Assembly (NCBI GenBank): GCA_025352625.1
Contig: JANXSR010000134.1
Coordinates: forward strand, 4,754 to 68,753
Origin: Ferruginibacter sp.
GTDB lineage: Bacteria > Bacteroidota > Bacteroidia > Chitinophagales > Chitinophagaceae
Direction: 5' to 3'
Length of the DNA: 64,000 bases
The notes beneath the pieces were generated by a model, which saw nothing but the letters and a program-made list of their open reading frames with translations, searched no databases and had not been told where the DNA came from. Made by a program: the position numbers and the translations under genes. Shown here piece after piece: positions 48,515 through 59,026 of this stretch (positions within the stretch are counted from its first letter, which is position 1; every line of letters begins with the position of its first letter).

Positions 48515-48961
48515 TTATTTTTTAATTTTCTTATCAACTGTTACTTCTCCATTTGGTCTGAAATTTAATTGCAATGTCTTTTTTGCATTAGAAACAGTTA
48601 CCAAATAATGCGTTTCACCGTTATAACTAAGTTCAGTTGCATATTCCTGCATCAGGTAGTCATTATATTTTTGAGAAAGTGTCAATGAAATATTCAATGG
48701 CAATTGCGCCGTAGCAATTTTTCTGGAAGTGCCTACCAATTCTCCCTCCTCGTTGTAAACCGCATTTAATTCAAGTTCGTTAAATGTAAAGGAAGCAAAA
48801 TAATAATCCTTTGCTTTTTCCCAGTTTACATTTTTTGCTTTTTGAAAATCTTTTTCAAATGCCTCTTTTACTTTGGCTGTAATCTTGCTTTCTTCGCTTG
48901 CAAAGGCGGTGGTTGTAAACAGCATTATTACTGCTGTTAAAACAGTTGCTAACTTTTTCAT
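48515..48961 (-). CDS. Secreted PepSY-like (beta-lactamase-inhibitor-like fold) protein
   Basis: 148 aa. Signal peptide and the repeated pattern V..AF...F..A..V.WEK....Y.A.F typical of PepSY-like periplasmic proteins. Confidence 0.5.
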   Translation of the reverse strand: MKKLATVLTAVIMLFTTTAFASEESKITAKVKEAFEKDFQKAKNVNWEKAKDYYFASFTFNELELNAVYNEEGELVGTSRKIATAQLPLNISLTLSQKYNDYLMQEYATELSYNGETHYLVTVSNAKKTLQLNFRPNGEVTVDKKIKK

Positions 48962-49265
48962 GTTTTAATATTTTATTTGGTTAAATGATACTGCCTGATT
49001 AGAGCAGTTTTTTGATTGATGATACAAATCTATTTTACCTGTAATTGTATTGCAAGCAGTACTTGATTAAAACAAGCTGCATAAAATTAAATTGGATAAG
49101 TGGTATCACGCAATCTTATTATTACAAGCTGTTGCCCTTACAATGCAGTATGGGCCTGCATTAAATTTATTTCTTAAAAAAACATTAAAATAGTAAACGG
49201 ATGTGTTAAAAAGTAAAAGCGGTTAATGCCCTCCGGGTACAAACACATTGTATACCTTTAATGGT

Positions 49266-49862
49266 ATGAATTATCTGGCCCATGCATATCTTTCTTTTAA
49301 TGACCCCGGTATTTTAGCCGGCAATATGATCAGCGATTATGTAAAGGGTAAAAAGAAATTTGATTACCCTGGCACTATTCAAAGAGGAATGACACTGCAC
49401 AGAGCTATTGACGAATTTACAGACCAGCACCCTGTAACGCAACAGGCTAAACAATTTTTTAAAGCAGATTACAGATTGTATGCCGGAGCCTTTGTTGATG
49501 TACTGTATGATCATTTTTTAGCCAATGATAAAAATGAATTTGCCAGCGATGAGGAATTAAATAATTTTTGCCGGCAAACCTATAGCTACCTGCAAATCAA
49601 TTTAGCTTTGCTTCCGCCAAAATTTCAACAAGTATTTCCTTATATGCAATCGCAAAACTGGTTATACAATTACCAGTACAGGCAGGGTATTGAAAAAAGT
49701 TTCGGAGGCCTTGTAAAAAGGGCCGCTTATTTATCTGAATCTGCTATTGCATTTAAAATATTTAATGAGCAATATGATTACTTACAACTATGTTACAACG
49801 AATTTTTTCCGCTGCTGAAACAATTTGCCGTTTATCAATTGAACGAACTTAACAACAGTTGA
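49266..49862 (+). CDS. acpH: Acyl carrier protein phosphodiesterase (AcpH-like)
   Basis: ORF 49248..49862 starts at TTG. The ATG at 49266 gives MNYLAHAYLSF, the canonical AcpH N-terminus. Confidence 0.7.
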   Translation: MNYLAHAYLSFNDPGILAGNMISDYVKGKKKFDYPGTIQRGMTLHRAIDEFTDQHPVTQQAKQFFKADYRLYAGAFVDVLYDHFLANDKNEFASDEELNNFCRQTYSYLQINLALLPPKFQQVFPYMQSQNWLYNYQYRQGIEKSFGGLVKRAAYLSESAIAFKIFNEQYDYLQLCYNEFFPLLKQFAVYQLNELNNS

Positions 49863-49869
49863 AATCTTT

Positions 49870-49877
49870 TATATTTG
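49870..49877 (+). promoter_or_regulatory. Bacteroidota -7 promoter box TAnnTTTG
   Basis: Exact TATATTTG, 22 nt upstream of the ATG at 49900. Confidence 0.35.
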
Positions 49878-49899
49878 TACCTAAACACTTAATTTTTTT

Positions 49900-50463
49900 A
49901 TGAAAAAGTTTTTATTGGTCCCTATTATTGTGTGTTGTATTTGCAATTTACTAAAGGCTCAAACAAAATTTCCGCCGGTAGATAAATCGCCGATGGATAT
50001 GAGTTATTATCCCAATAGTTACCCGGTTTTAAAAATTCAGGATAAAGCTACAGAACCATTAACAGCAAGGGTAACTTACAGCAGGCCTCAAAAAAATGGT
50101 CGCTCTGTTTTCGGTGAATTATTGCCCTTTGGCCAGGTGTGGAGATTAGGCGCAAATGAAGCAACTGAAATTGAATTTTACAGACCTGTTAAAATAGGAA
50201 ATACCAAAATTAAAAAAGGCAGGTATACCTTATACTGTATTCCTTACATGGATAAGTGGACGCTGATACTTAATAAAGATACAGATACCTGGGGCTCTTT
50301 TAAATATGATGAAACGAAAGACATCGTTAGATTAGACGCTCCTATTCAAAAGCAAAATGATCCATTGGAATCTTTTGCAATAGTATTTGAAAAATCAGCT
50401 TCCGGGGCTAATTTAATAGTAGGATGGGATACCAGTGTGGTTAGTTTTCCAATCGTTTTTTAA
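49900..50463 (+). CDS. DUF2911-like secreted protein
   Basis: 187 aa. Signal peptide and the WRLGANEATEIEF motif recalled from DUF2911. Confidence 0.6.
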   Translation: MKKFLLVPIIVCCICNLLKAQTKFPPVDKSPMDMSYYPNSYPVLKIQDKATEPLTARVTYSRPQKNGRSVFGELLPFGQVWRLGANEATEIEFYRPVKIGNTKIKKGRYTLYCIPYMDKWTLILNKDTDTWGSFKYDETKDIVRLDAPIQKQNDPLESFAIVFEKSASGANLIVGWDTSVVSFPIVF

Positions 50464-50528
50464 CCTAATTGTTTCAATATTTTATTTTCCCGGCTGGTTG
50501 CCGGGATTTTTTTTGGATATTTACAACT

Positions 50529-52415
50529 ATGTGTGGAATAGCTGGCATCATAAGTTCCGATACGTCTTTAGTTACTACGGAACAACTTACTAAAATGACC
50601 AACGCATTGGCCCACCGTGGACCAGACGGTGAAGCACAATGGATTAACCAATGGGGTAATGTTGGGTTCGGTCACAGAAGATTATCGATCATCGATTTAA
50701 CCGATGCTGGTGCTCAACCGATGCACTACCTGAAAAGATATACGATTGTTTACAATGGTGAAATTTACAATTATCTGGAACTTAAAGAGATTTTGTATAA
50801 AAAGGGATATCGTTTTAAATCTCTCAGCGATACAGAAGTTATTTTAGCTGCCTACGATTATTGGAAAGAAGATTGCCTGGAACATTTTGACGGGATGTTT
50901 GCCTTTGCATTGCTCGATATAAAACAACAAATTATTTTTGCCGCACGAGATCGCTTCGGAGAAAAACCATTTTATTACGTAGCAAGTAATGAAGTATTTG
51001 TATTTGCAAGTGAAATGAAAGCCCTATGGGCCATAGGCACAGAAAAGAAAATTGATGATAAAATGTTGCTGAACTACATTACACTTGGCTACGTTCAAAA
51101 TGCAAACGACAAAGAACTAACCTTTTATCAAAATATATTTTCACTACCCCCTGGTAATTTTTTAAAGCTTAACATTCAAACACTCCAATTACGCTCTTAC
51201 AAATATTGGGATATTGACAAAGACACACGAATAAATATTTCCAGCAGCGATGCTGTCGAAAAATGCAAAGAGCTTTTAATTCTATCTGTTAACCGAAGGC
51301 TGCGCAGTGATGTTACAGTAGGTACAAGCCTCAGTGGCGGACTGGATAGTTCTGCCATTCTTGCTACTATTAAAAAATCTGCTGCAGCATTCAACACATT
51401 TTCTGCCGTGTTTCCAGGTTTTGAAAAAGACGAATCACACTATATTCAATCAGTCACTAGTTTTCTTTCTTTATCAAAGTCTTTCAAACGCTCAATACAA
51501 TCACACACGGTAGAACCCTCAGCATTTGAATTGATAAAGGATTTTGAAAAGCTTTGTTATTACCAGGAGGAGCCATTTCCTTCAAGCAGTATTTATGCCC
51601 AATACAAGGTTTTTGAAATGGCTAAAAAAAACAAAGTAAAAGTTTTGCTGGATGGGCAGGGCGCTGATGAAATATTTGCCGGTTATAATAAATATATACA
51701 TTGGTACCTGCAACAATTGGCGGCTAAAAGCAAATTCATTACCGCCCAAAAAGAGAAAAGGGAATTGCAAAAAAATAATTTGCCTTTTAACTGGGGCATT
51801 AAAAATTATTTAGCGGCTTATCTCCCTGCACATGCCGTAATTAAACTGGAACAAAATGAATATTTGAAGACTGTAAGACAACCCGATATTAATAAGGATT
51901 TTGTAGCGTCACTACAAGGCAGAGAATGGGAAGGAATTCGCAAACCAATTATTACTAAACTAAATGATATTTTATATTTTAATACGCACACATTAGGGCT
52001 GGAAGAATTGCTTCGTTATGCAGACAGAAACAGCATGGCACATGGAGTAGAGGTACGGTTGCCATACTTAAATCACCAGTTGGTGGAGTTTGTATTTTCT
52101 TTACCTGCGGGTTTTAAAATACACGATGGCTGGACCAAATGGATTCTTCGTAAAATGATGGATAAAAAATTACCCGATGAAGTAGTGTGGAGAAAAGATA
52201 AAGTTGGATACGAGCCCCCCCAATTTCAATGGATGCACAATGAAACACTTCAGGAATATATGCACGAAGCCAAAAGAAAACTGGTAGACCAGGGCATATT
52301 AAAAAAAACAGTACTCGATAAAAAAATAGTTCCCAAAGCTGCGCATGAAAATAATAATTTCGATTGGCGATACCTTTGTGCAGCCCAACTATTTTCTTCT
52401 GATATTAATTTATAG
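50529..52415 (+). CDS. asnB: Asparagine synthase (glutamine-hydrolysing)
   Basis: ORF 50469..52415. The start was set at MCGIAGI (50529), because the catalytic Cys2 must follow the initiator Met. SGGLDSS PP-loop present. Confidence 0.95.
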   Translation: MCGIAGIISSDTSLVTTEQLTKMTNALAHRGPDGEAQWINQWGNVGFGHRRLSIIDLTDAGAQPMHYLKRYTIVYNGEIYNYLELKEILYKKGYRFKSLSDTEVILAAYDYWKEDCLEHFDGMFAFALLDIKQQIIFAARDRFGEKPFYYVASNEVFVFASEMKALWAIGTEKKIDDKMLLNYITLGYVQNANDKELTFYQNIFSLPPGNFLKLNIQTLQLRSYKYWDIDKDTRINISSSDAVEKCKELLILSVNRRLRSDVTVGTSLSGGLDSSAILATIKKSAAAFNTFSAVFPGFEKDESHYIQSVTSFLSLSKSFKRSIQSHTVEPSAFELIKDFEKLCYYQEEPFPSSSIYAQYKVFEMAKKNKVKVLLDGQGADEIFAGYNKYIHWYLQQLAAKSKFITAQKEKRELQKNNLPFNWGIKNYLAAYLPAHAVIKLEQNEYLKTVRQPDINKDFVASLQGREWEGIRKPIITKLNDILYFNTHTLGLEELLRYADRNSMAHGVEVRLPYLNHQLVEFVFSLPAGFKIHDGWTKWILRKMMDKKLPDEVVWRKDKVGYEPPQFQWMHNETLQEYMHEAKRKLVDQGILKKTVLDKKIVPKAAHENNNFDWRYLCAAQLFSSDINL

Positions 52416-52554
52416 ATTGTTTAACTCCTTACATAAGTTACTTTAATCGATCATCTCTATTGTATTTTCTTGTGCCTCACTCCTAATTGTTCTAAAACTT
52501 TTCTTAGGCATAAAATGACGTTACTTTGCATTTCAAATCACCAATCATTATACA

Positions 52555-53694
52555 ATGAAACTCGCTACAAAAATAATACATGCCGGCGCAGAACCCGATC
52601 CAAGTACGGGAGCCATCATGACCCCTATTTATCAAACCTCAACCTATGTGCAACAAGCCCCGGGTGTTAACAAAGGATATGAATATGCACGAAGCCAAAA
52701 CCCAACACGTAAAGCGTTGGAAGATGCCTATGCAATTATTGAAAATGCAAAATATGGCTTGGCTTTTGGCAGTGGTGTTGCAGCAACTGATAGTGTAATG
52801 AAATTATTAAATCCCGGTGATGAAGTAATTGCTGCGAATGACATGTACGGTGGGAGTTATCGCTTGTTTACAAAAGTGTGGGAACGTTACAACATCAAAT
52901 TTATTTATGTTGATACCACCAATGCTGCTAATGTAAAGGCAGCTGTAACGGTCAATACAAAATTAATTTGGGTAGAAACGCCTACTAACCCTTTAATGAA
53001 TATTACCGATATCGCAGCCATTGCCCTGATTGCAAAAGCTGCAGGTGCATGGCTTTGTGTAGACAATACTTTTGCTTCACCTTATTTACAAAACCCAATG
53101 GATTTGGGTGCTGATATTGTAATGCACAGCGCAACAAAATACTTGGGAGGGCACAGCGATGTAATACAAGGTTGCCTGATGATGAACGATGCAGCCTTAA
53201 GAGAAAAATTATATTTTATTCAAAAAAGTTGTGGCGCAGTTCCTGGCCCAATGGATTGTTTTTTAGTATTGCGTGGAATAAAAACCCTGCATGTGCGTAT
53301 GAAACAACATTGTGAAAATGGCGAAAAAATTGCACACTGGTTGCGTAAACATCCCAAAGTAGCAAAGGTATATTGGCCGGGTTTTGATGACAGTGCAGGT
53401 TATGCCGTTGCAAAAAAACAAATGCGTGGCTTTGGTGGCATGATCAGTTTTGAATTGAAAAACGAAAGTGAAACGGAAGTAAAAAGAGTGTTGTCATCTA
53501 CACACCTTTTTTCATTAGCTGAAAGTTTGGGTGGTGTTGAATCGTTGATCAATCACCCAGCCAGCATGACACATGCCAGCATTCCCAGAGAAGAAAGAAT
53601 TAAGAACGGGCTTAGCGACGGGCTTATCCGTATAAGTGTGGGCATAGAAGATGCAGATGACCTTATTGAAGATTTGAACAAAGCCATCGGATAA
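52555..53694 (+). CDS. Cys/Met-metabolism PLP enzyme (cystathionine gamma-synthase / gamma-lyase / beta-lyase family)
   Basis: 379 aa. PLP-lysine motif SATKYLGGHSD and the family-wide N-terminus TGAIMTPIYQTSTY. Confidence 0.9.
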   Translation: MKLATKIIHAGAEPDPSTGAIMTPIYQTSTYVQQAPGVNKGYEYARSQNPTRKALEDAYAIIENAKYGLAFGSGVAATDSVMKLLNPGDEVIAANDMYGGSYRLFTKVWERYNIKFIYVDTTNAANVKAAVTVNTKLIWVETPTNPLMNITDIAAIALIAKAAGAWLCVDNTFASPYLQNPMDLGADIVMHSATKYLGGHSDVIQGCLMMNDAALREKLYFIQKSCGAVPGPMDCFLVLRGIKTLHVRMKQHCENGEKIAHWLRKHPKVAKVYWPGFDDSAGYAVAKKQMRGFGGMISFELKNESETEVKRVLSSTHLFSLAESLGGVESLINHPASMTHASIPREERIKNGLSDGLIRISVGIEDADDLIEDLNKAIG

Positions 53695-53698
53695 TTTT

Positions 53699-53932
53699 AT
53701 GGATAATTTTATTGAAATCATTGGGTGGATTGGTGCTGTCTTAATTGTTGGATCTTACTTTATGAATATTAATGGAAAGGTAAAAAGTTCTTCCATTATT
53801 TATATCATCAGTAATTTAATCGGGGGTATTTTTTTTACCATCAACACTTTTGTTCATCACGCCTTTCCATCCATGATTGTAAATATTATTTGGGTGATTA
53901 TTGCAATAGCTGCACTGCTTAAAAAAAGATAA
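53699..53932 (+). CDS. Small 3-TM membrane protein (CBU_0592-like family look)
   Basis: 77 aa with three hydrophobic segments. It starts 5 nt after the upstream stop. Confidence 0.45.
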   Translation: MDNFIEIIGWIGAVLIVGSYFMNINGKVKSSSIIYIISNLIGGIFFTINTFVHHAFPSMIVNIIWVIIAIAALLKKR

Positions 53933-53950
53933 ACCTGTAGGTTTAAACTA

Positions 53951-54730
53951 ATGCAAAAAGTGGAAAATAATCTCAAGGAAGAACTAGACCTTAAAGTAAT
54001 GTTATACAACCAGCCGGGTTTTATAAAAGATGATCCTGTTTCCATCCCACACTTGTTTACAAAAAAACAGGATATTGAAATTGCAGGTCTTTTTGCGGCC
54101 ATTTTTAGTTGGGGCAACCGCAAAACGATCATTAATAAAAGTAAGGAGCTGATGCAATTGATGAACAATGCACCTTATGACTTTTGTTTACATCACACAG
54201 TAAAAGATCTGAAAATACTAGAGGGATTTTGTCATAGAACTTTTAATTCAACCGACCTGCTTTATTTTATTGAATTTTTCAAATTTCATTACAGCCAAGA
54301 CGATTCGTTAGAAATTGCTTTTACAAAAGGAATGAATAAAAAAGATAAAACCATAGAGAATGGCTTAAATGCATTTTGTACTTATTTTTTTTCGCTGCCG
54401 GATGTACCACAAAGAACTAGAAAACACATTGCTTCTCCTGAAAAAAATTCTTCCTGTAAAAGACTAAACATGTATTTACGCTGGATGGTTCGTAATGATA
54501 ACAACGGCGTTGATTTTGGTATATGGAAAACCATTTTGCCTGCTCAACTTATTTGCCCTATTGATGTACATGTAGCTAGGGTTTCCAAAAGATTTAATTT
54601 ATTGCAGCGCAGCCAAACCGACTGGAAAGCCGCTTTGGAATTAACTGCTTATTTACGAATGTTGGATAAGAATGATCCTGTAAAATATGATTTCGCTTTA
54701 TTTGGGTTGGGTGTGTCAGAAAAATTATAA
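53951..54730 (+). CDS. TIGR02757/DUF2400-family protein
   Basis: 259 aa. DPVSIPH...DIEIAGLFAAIFSWGNR and the C-terminal PIDVHV motif, as recalled for this family. Confidence 0.6.
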   Translation: MQKVENNLKEELDLKVMLYNQPGFIKDDPVSIPHLFTKKQDIEIAGLFAAIFSWGNRKTIINKSKELMQLMNNAPYDFCLHHTVKDLKILEGFCHRTFNSTDLLYFIEFFKFHYSQDDSLEIAFTKGMNKKDKTIENGLNAFCTYFFSLPDVPQRTRKHIASPEKNSSCKRLNMYLRWMVRNDNNGVDFGIWKTILPAQLICPIDVHVARVSKRFNLLQRSQTDWKAALELTAYLRMLDKNDPVKYDFALFGLGVSEKL

Positions 54731-54751
54731 TGCAAATTTCAATAAAATTTA

Positions 54752-55069
54752 ATGAATCCTGAATTACAACATTACCTGCAACAAAATTTTCAATTACCCA
54801 TTGCTATTAATGAAATGAAGGATGCAGAAAATTTTTTAGCAGAAAAAATTAATGCCCTGATAAAAGATGACTTCAACTTACTGATACAAATTCTTTACAG
54901 GATAGATGTAAATGAGGCCAGGCTAAAGCAGGTATTAAAAGACAATCCAAATGAAGATGCAGGGAAAATTATTGCAGCATTATTAATAGAGCGACAATTA
55001 CAAAAAATAAATACCCGGGAGCAATTTAAACGCAAAAATGATAACTTTTCTGATGAAGAAAAATGGTAG
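54752..55069 (+). CDS. Hypothetical protein
   Basis: 105 aa ORF with normal composition. Its stop codon directly abuts the stop of the convergent gene at 55070. Confidence 0.45.
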   Translation: MNPELQHYLQQNFQLPIAINEMKDAENFLAEKINALIKDDFNLLIQILYRIDVNEARLKQVLKDNPNEDAGKIIAALLIERQLQKINTREQFKRKNDNFSDEEKW

Positions 55070-55774
55070 TTAAGACACAGCCTCTTTCTTTGTAGGTCGG
55101 TTAACAAACATTAAATCTTTTACTTTCTCCTTGTCTTCTTTTTCTTTCGTCAGGTCGAACATTGTGCCAAAAACTCTATCCCACAAGGTTGTGCTTACAC
55201 CAAATCCAAGGCGTTCATTTTTATAATGATGCAGGTGATGATTGCGCCATAAAGGTTTCATCCATTTGTAAGGTGGGTTCCAGGCATGTATAGCATAATG
55301 CATAGTGCCATACATAAGATACCCCAGCATAAATCCAGGAAAAAAAGCAAATACATTTTCTCTCAGTCCAATCAATTGCGCTATAAAATACATACAACTA
55401 AAAATAAAAGAAGCCAGGATAAGACTGGGCACTGGAGGCATAAATAAACGTTCCTTATCCCTGGGATATTCGTGATGATTGCCATGTATGATATAAACGA
55501 TTTTTAGTGCTCTGTCACTTTCTGCTATAAAATGAAAAGCAAAACGATGGATCATATATTCAAATAAAGTCCAGAAAAACATACCCGCAAAAAAAACAGC
55601 TCCAACAAGCATTAAATCCATTTTTACTACCACATTACTGTAGTATAACATGAAAGTAATAATAGGAACATATATCCCCCATATTACAAGGGGGTGCGTT
55701 TTAGTCAGGTATTCGAGATATTGATTTTTAAAAAGTTTAGCCTGGCCTTTATTGTGAATCTTTTCAAACTTCAT
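55070..55774 (-). CDS. Fatty acid hydroxylase / sterol desaturase-family membrane protein
   Basis: 234 aa. Histidine boxes HRFAFH, HGNHH, HYAIH and HHLHH. Confidence 0.8.
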   Translation of the reverse strand: MKFEKIHNKGQAKLFKNQYLEYLTKTHPLVIWGIYVPIITFMLYYSNVVVKMDLMLVGAVFFAGMFFWTLFEYMIHRFAFHFIAESDRALKIVYIIHGNHHEYPRDKERLFMPPVPSLILASFIFSCMYFIAQLIGLRENVFAFFPGFMLGYLMYGTMHYAIHAWNPPYKWMKPLWRNHHLHHYKNERLGFGVSTTLWDRVFGTMFDLTKEKEDKEKVKDLMFVNRPTKKEAVS

Positions 55775-55880
55775 GATGCTAGTTTATATAGTAAAATTAA
55801 TTAAACTTCATTACAAAGCAAGGGTTGCTTAATAGCTAACATCAGGTTTTAATAACTATTTTCGCAATCAATTTATTTTT

Positions 55881-56885
55881 ATGAAGTTAGTAACTTATTT
55901 AAAGGAAGAGCATGACCATTTGGCCATGGTTATAAATGATATGCTGTATGATATGGATGCTATTCATCCTGAGCTTCCGCCAAGCATGGCCATGTTTTTA
56001 AATTATTGGGATGATTATTTTCCCATTGCCCAAAATGCCGAACAAAGAATTAAAAATGGTTTAAAAGGAAATGTATTTGGTAGTGCATGGGACGATAGTA
56101 CCATTTTAGCACCTATCCCGTATCCTACAAGTTGCAGAGATGCCTATTCGTTTGAACAACATGTTGCTGCCATTAGGCGTAATCATAAGTTAGATATGAT
56201 TAAGGAATTTAGCCAATACCCTGTTTTTTATTTTACTAATCATAATAGTGTACAGGGACCCGGCAATATTATTTGTATGCCGGATCATTTTGAAAAACTT
56301 GATTTTGAGCTGGAAGCTGCCATAGTCATTTGTAAACCCGGCAGAAATATTTCTGTAGCTGACGCAGATGATTATATTGGCGGATTAATGATCATGAACG
56401 ACGTAAGCGCAAGAACTCTGCAAATGGAAGAAATGTTGTTAAAACTGGGGCCTGCAAAAGGAATAGATTTTGCAACGGTAACCGGCCCCATGTTAGTAAC
56501 ATTGGATGAATTGGAGCCATATGAAGTAGCCTGCAAGGAAAATCATACCGGCAAATCCTGGAACCTTGGTATGACATGTAAGATAAATGGTATTGAGGTA
56601 AGCAGGGGAAATGTAAGTGATATGACATGGACCTTTGCTGAAATTATTGAACGCTGCAGTTATGGCGTTCAGTTATTTGCCGGCGACGTAATTGGCAGTG
56701 GAGCAGTGGGTACCGGCAGCTTTTTAGAATTGAATGGTTCGGGTAAATCAGTTAATCCTGATTTTGAAGAACAATGGTTAAAGGAAGGAGATTTGATTGA
56801 AATGGAAATTGATGGATTGGGTAAACTGATAAATAACATACAAAAAGAGGAGAGTGATTTTAGTATTTTGAATTTAAAGAAATAG
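55881..56885 (+). CDS. Fumarylacetoacetate hydrolase-family protein
   Basis: 334 aa. FAH-fold motifs (LDFELEAA, GGLMIMNDVSAR, GDVIGSG). Confidence 0.85.
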   Translation: MKLVTYLKEEHDHLAMVINDMLYDMDAIHPELPPSMAMFLNYWDDYFPIAQNAEQRIKNGLKGNVFGSAWDDSTILAPIPYPTSCRDAYSFEQHVAAIRRNHKLDMIKEFSQYPVFYFTNHNSVQGPGNIICMPDHFEKLDFELEAAIVICKPGRNISVADADDYIGGLMIMNDVSARTLQMEEMLLKLGPAKGIDFATVTGPMLVTLDELEPYEVACKENHTGKSWNLGMTCKINGIEVSRGNVSDMTWTFAEIIERCSYGVQLFAGDVIGSGAVGTGSFLELNGSGKSVNPDFEEQWLKEGDLIEMEIDGLGKLINNIQKEESDFSILNLKK

Positions 56886-56922
56886 TTACTTCTTTTTATA
56901 AGAAATTTTTTAATTTATACAA

Positions 56923-57219
56923 ATGAATAACAGGGATATAAATAAAGCAACTATTGAATCCGGAATTGGTGTTGATGCTTTAACGGTATCTATCCGTAAT
57001 AGTTTCATTCTTACTAATGATAATTTAGTGCAGTTGGCAAGCATAGCTGAATTACCATTTGTTGACCCGACATTTTATGATGACAAACTCAAAAACATCT
57101 TCCAGTATTATTCCATTAATCCCGAAGAGATGGAAAAGGAGTTGCACTATTATGCACAGGAATTATTGAATGCCGGAAAATTATATGACGCCTGGCAGGT
57201 GTTATTAGCTTTAAATTAA
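56923..57219 (+). CDS. Hypothetical protein
   Basis: 98 aa ORF ending 19 nt upstream of the Uma2 gene. No recognisable motif. Confidence 0.4.
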   Translation: MNNRDINKATIESGIGVDALTVSIRNSFILTNDNLVQLASIAELPFVDPTFYDDKLKNIFQYYSINPEEMEKELHYYAQELLNAGKLYDAWQVLLALN

Positions 57220-57238
57220 ATACAGTAAATTTGTTTTA

Positions 57239-57787
57239 ATGTCTTCAGCAATAAAAATATTACCCCATTATACTTACGAGGAATATTGCTTGTGGGAAGG
57301 CCGCTGGGAATTAATTGAAGGTATTCCATATGCCATGAGCCCGGCACCGGCACCAAGGCACCAATGGATAAGTAGTAATATTAAGTATGAAATAAAAGAT
57401 GCTATAAAAAAATCTGGTTGTACTAATTGTAAAGTATATGATTTTATAGATATTAAAGTTACAGAAGATACCATATTGCAACCTGATGCAGTGGTGGCAT
57501 GCCATGAAATAACCAAGCCTTATTTGGATTTTCCTGCTGCAATAGTAGTTGAAATACTTTCACCATCTACTGCAATGAAAGACCGCAATAACAAATTCTT
57601 TATTTACCAATCTCAAAAAATTCCCTACTATATTATCATCGATGTTGAAAAAAACGAAATTGAGATTTATAATATAAAAGAAGATGGCAAATACCATTTA
57701 GAAAAATTTACATCTGCCGAACCGTATCCTTTTTTATTGGATAAAGATTGCTTTGCATATGTAACACTTGATAATATATGGGTATAA
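57239..57787 (+). CDS. Uma2-family (DUF820) PD-(D/E)XK-type putative endonuclease
   Basis: 182 aa. Family pattern ELIEGIPYAMSPAP..H, PDAVV, and VVEILSPST (D...E.LS core). Confidence 0.75.
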   Translation: MSSAIKILPHYTYEEYCLWEGRWELIEGIPYAMSPAPAPRHQWISSNIKYEIKDAIKKSGCTNCKVYDFIDIKVTEDTILQPDAVVACHEITKPYLDFPAAIVVEILSPSTAMKDRNNKFFIYQSQKIPYYIIIDVEKNEIEIYNIKEDGKYHLEKFTSAEPYPFLLDKDCFAYVTLDNIWV

Positions 57788-57862
57788 AAAACTGATTTAT
57801 TATAGCTAAAATTTAATGAGCATTTAACTTTTACTGCCGCCCCAATCAATTATTTTCACAAA

Positions 57863-58921
57863 ATGAAAACCCTTTTTTTTGCACTGCTTATACCTTCGTT
57901 GTGCTATGCACAACAAAAAAATTCATACAAGAATTTAGTACTTGAAGGTGGTGGCATAAGGGGTGTTGCCTATGCAGGCGCCTTTAGTATTCTGGAAGAA
58001 AAAAATATTTTACAACAAATAGAAAAAGTAGCCGGCACTTCTGCCGGAGCCATTGCCGGAGTGATGGTAAGCGTTGGTTATACTGCAAAAGAAATTGATA
58101 GCATCATGCGCTCTTTACCAATAGAAGAATTTAATGACGGCAGAGGTGGTATTGTTGGCAAATACAGGCGTGTGCGAAATAAGTTTGGCTTATATAAGGG
58201 AGCAAAATTTGAGCTTTGGGTACAACAGCTTATTAATTATAAAACCGGCAATGCCAATTTATCCTTTGCCCAATTACACCAACTCCACCTGCAAAATAAA
58301 ATGTTTAAAGATTTTTATTGTACCGCCACTAACTTAAGCAAACAGCAACTCGATGTTTTCTCTTATGAAAATACACCTGCCATGTCCATTGCATTAGCAG
58401 TAAGAATTAGTGGAGGAATCCCCTTGTACTTTGAACCCATTATTTTAAATGATCAGTATCAAAAAATTGAAAAAACAGATACCATTTCATTTAGAAACTA
58501 TTATGTAGATGGCGGAATGATTGCAAACTATCCAATCTGCATTTTTGATAGCTGCGAAAATAAAGGCAATCCCCTATTAAGTGATAAAGTTTGGTTCAAT
58601 CCACAAACACTTGGCATAAAGCTGGAGCGCCCGGCGCAGATTGATTCACTAAAAAATAACAGCAGTTCTATTCCTCCATTCGAAATAAGGTCTTTTAAAG
58701 ATTATATACATGCATTCAATAACCTTGTTGTTGAAACACTGAACAGAAAATACCCTAACCTCGAAAATGAGCAAAACAGAACCATCCATATCAGTTACGG
58801 ATCTATCCAGTCGAGAGTACGAAAAATGAAACCTGCAGAAAAGGAAATGTTATATAACAATGGGGTAAAAGCAGCCACTGAGTTTTTAACCCTGCAACAA
58901 TCTGCTATAAATCAAAAATAA
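57863..58921 (+). CDS. Secreted patatin-like phospholipase
   Basis: 352 aa. Signal peptide, oxyanion GGGIRG, nucleophile GTSAG and a catalytic DGG motif (YVDGGMIANYP). Confidence 0.85.
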   Translation: MKTLFFALLIPSLCYAQQKNSYKNLVLEGGGIRGVAYAGAFSILEEKNILQQIEKVAGTSAGAIAGVMVSVGYTAKEIDSIMRSLPIEEFNDGRGGIVGKYRRVRNKFGLYKGAKFELWVQQLINYKTGNANLSFAQLHQLHLQNKMFKDFYCTATNLSKQQLDVFSYENTPAMSIALAVRISGGIPLYFEPIILNDQYQKIEKTDTISFRNYYVDGGMIANYPICIFDSCENKGNPLLSDKVWFNPQTLGIKLERPAQIDSLKNNSSSIPPFEIRSFKDYIHAFNNLVVETLNRKYPNLENEQNRTIHISYGSIQSRVRKMKPAEKEMLYNNGVKAATEFLTLQQSAINQK

Positions 58922-59026
58922 TTCAAGGATAATATTACTCTATTCCAAATAAAAATTCACCTACGCATTAATGTAATTATCTATTCAATTGTCACTTCTG
59001 AATAATAAATGGCAATAACTGTTTTA

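Noticed and set aside
57863-58921. Patatin-like phospholipase considered as a possible defence-system effector (CBASS-like)
   Set aside because: It has a clear secretion signal. It also has no cyclase, sensor or other defence partner genes next to it.
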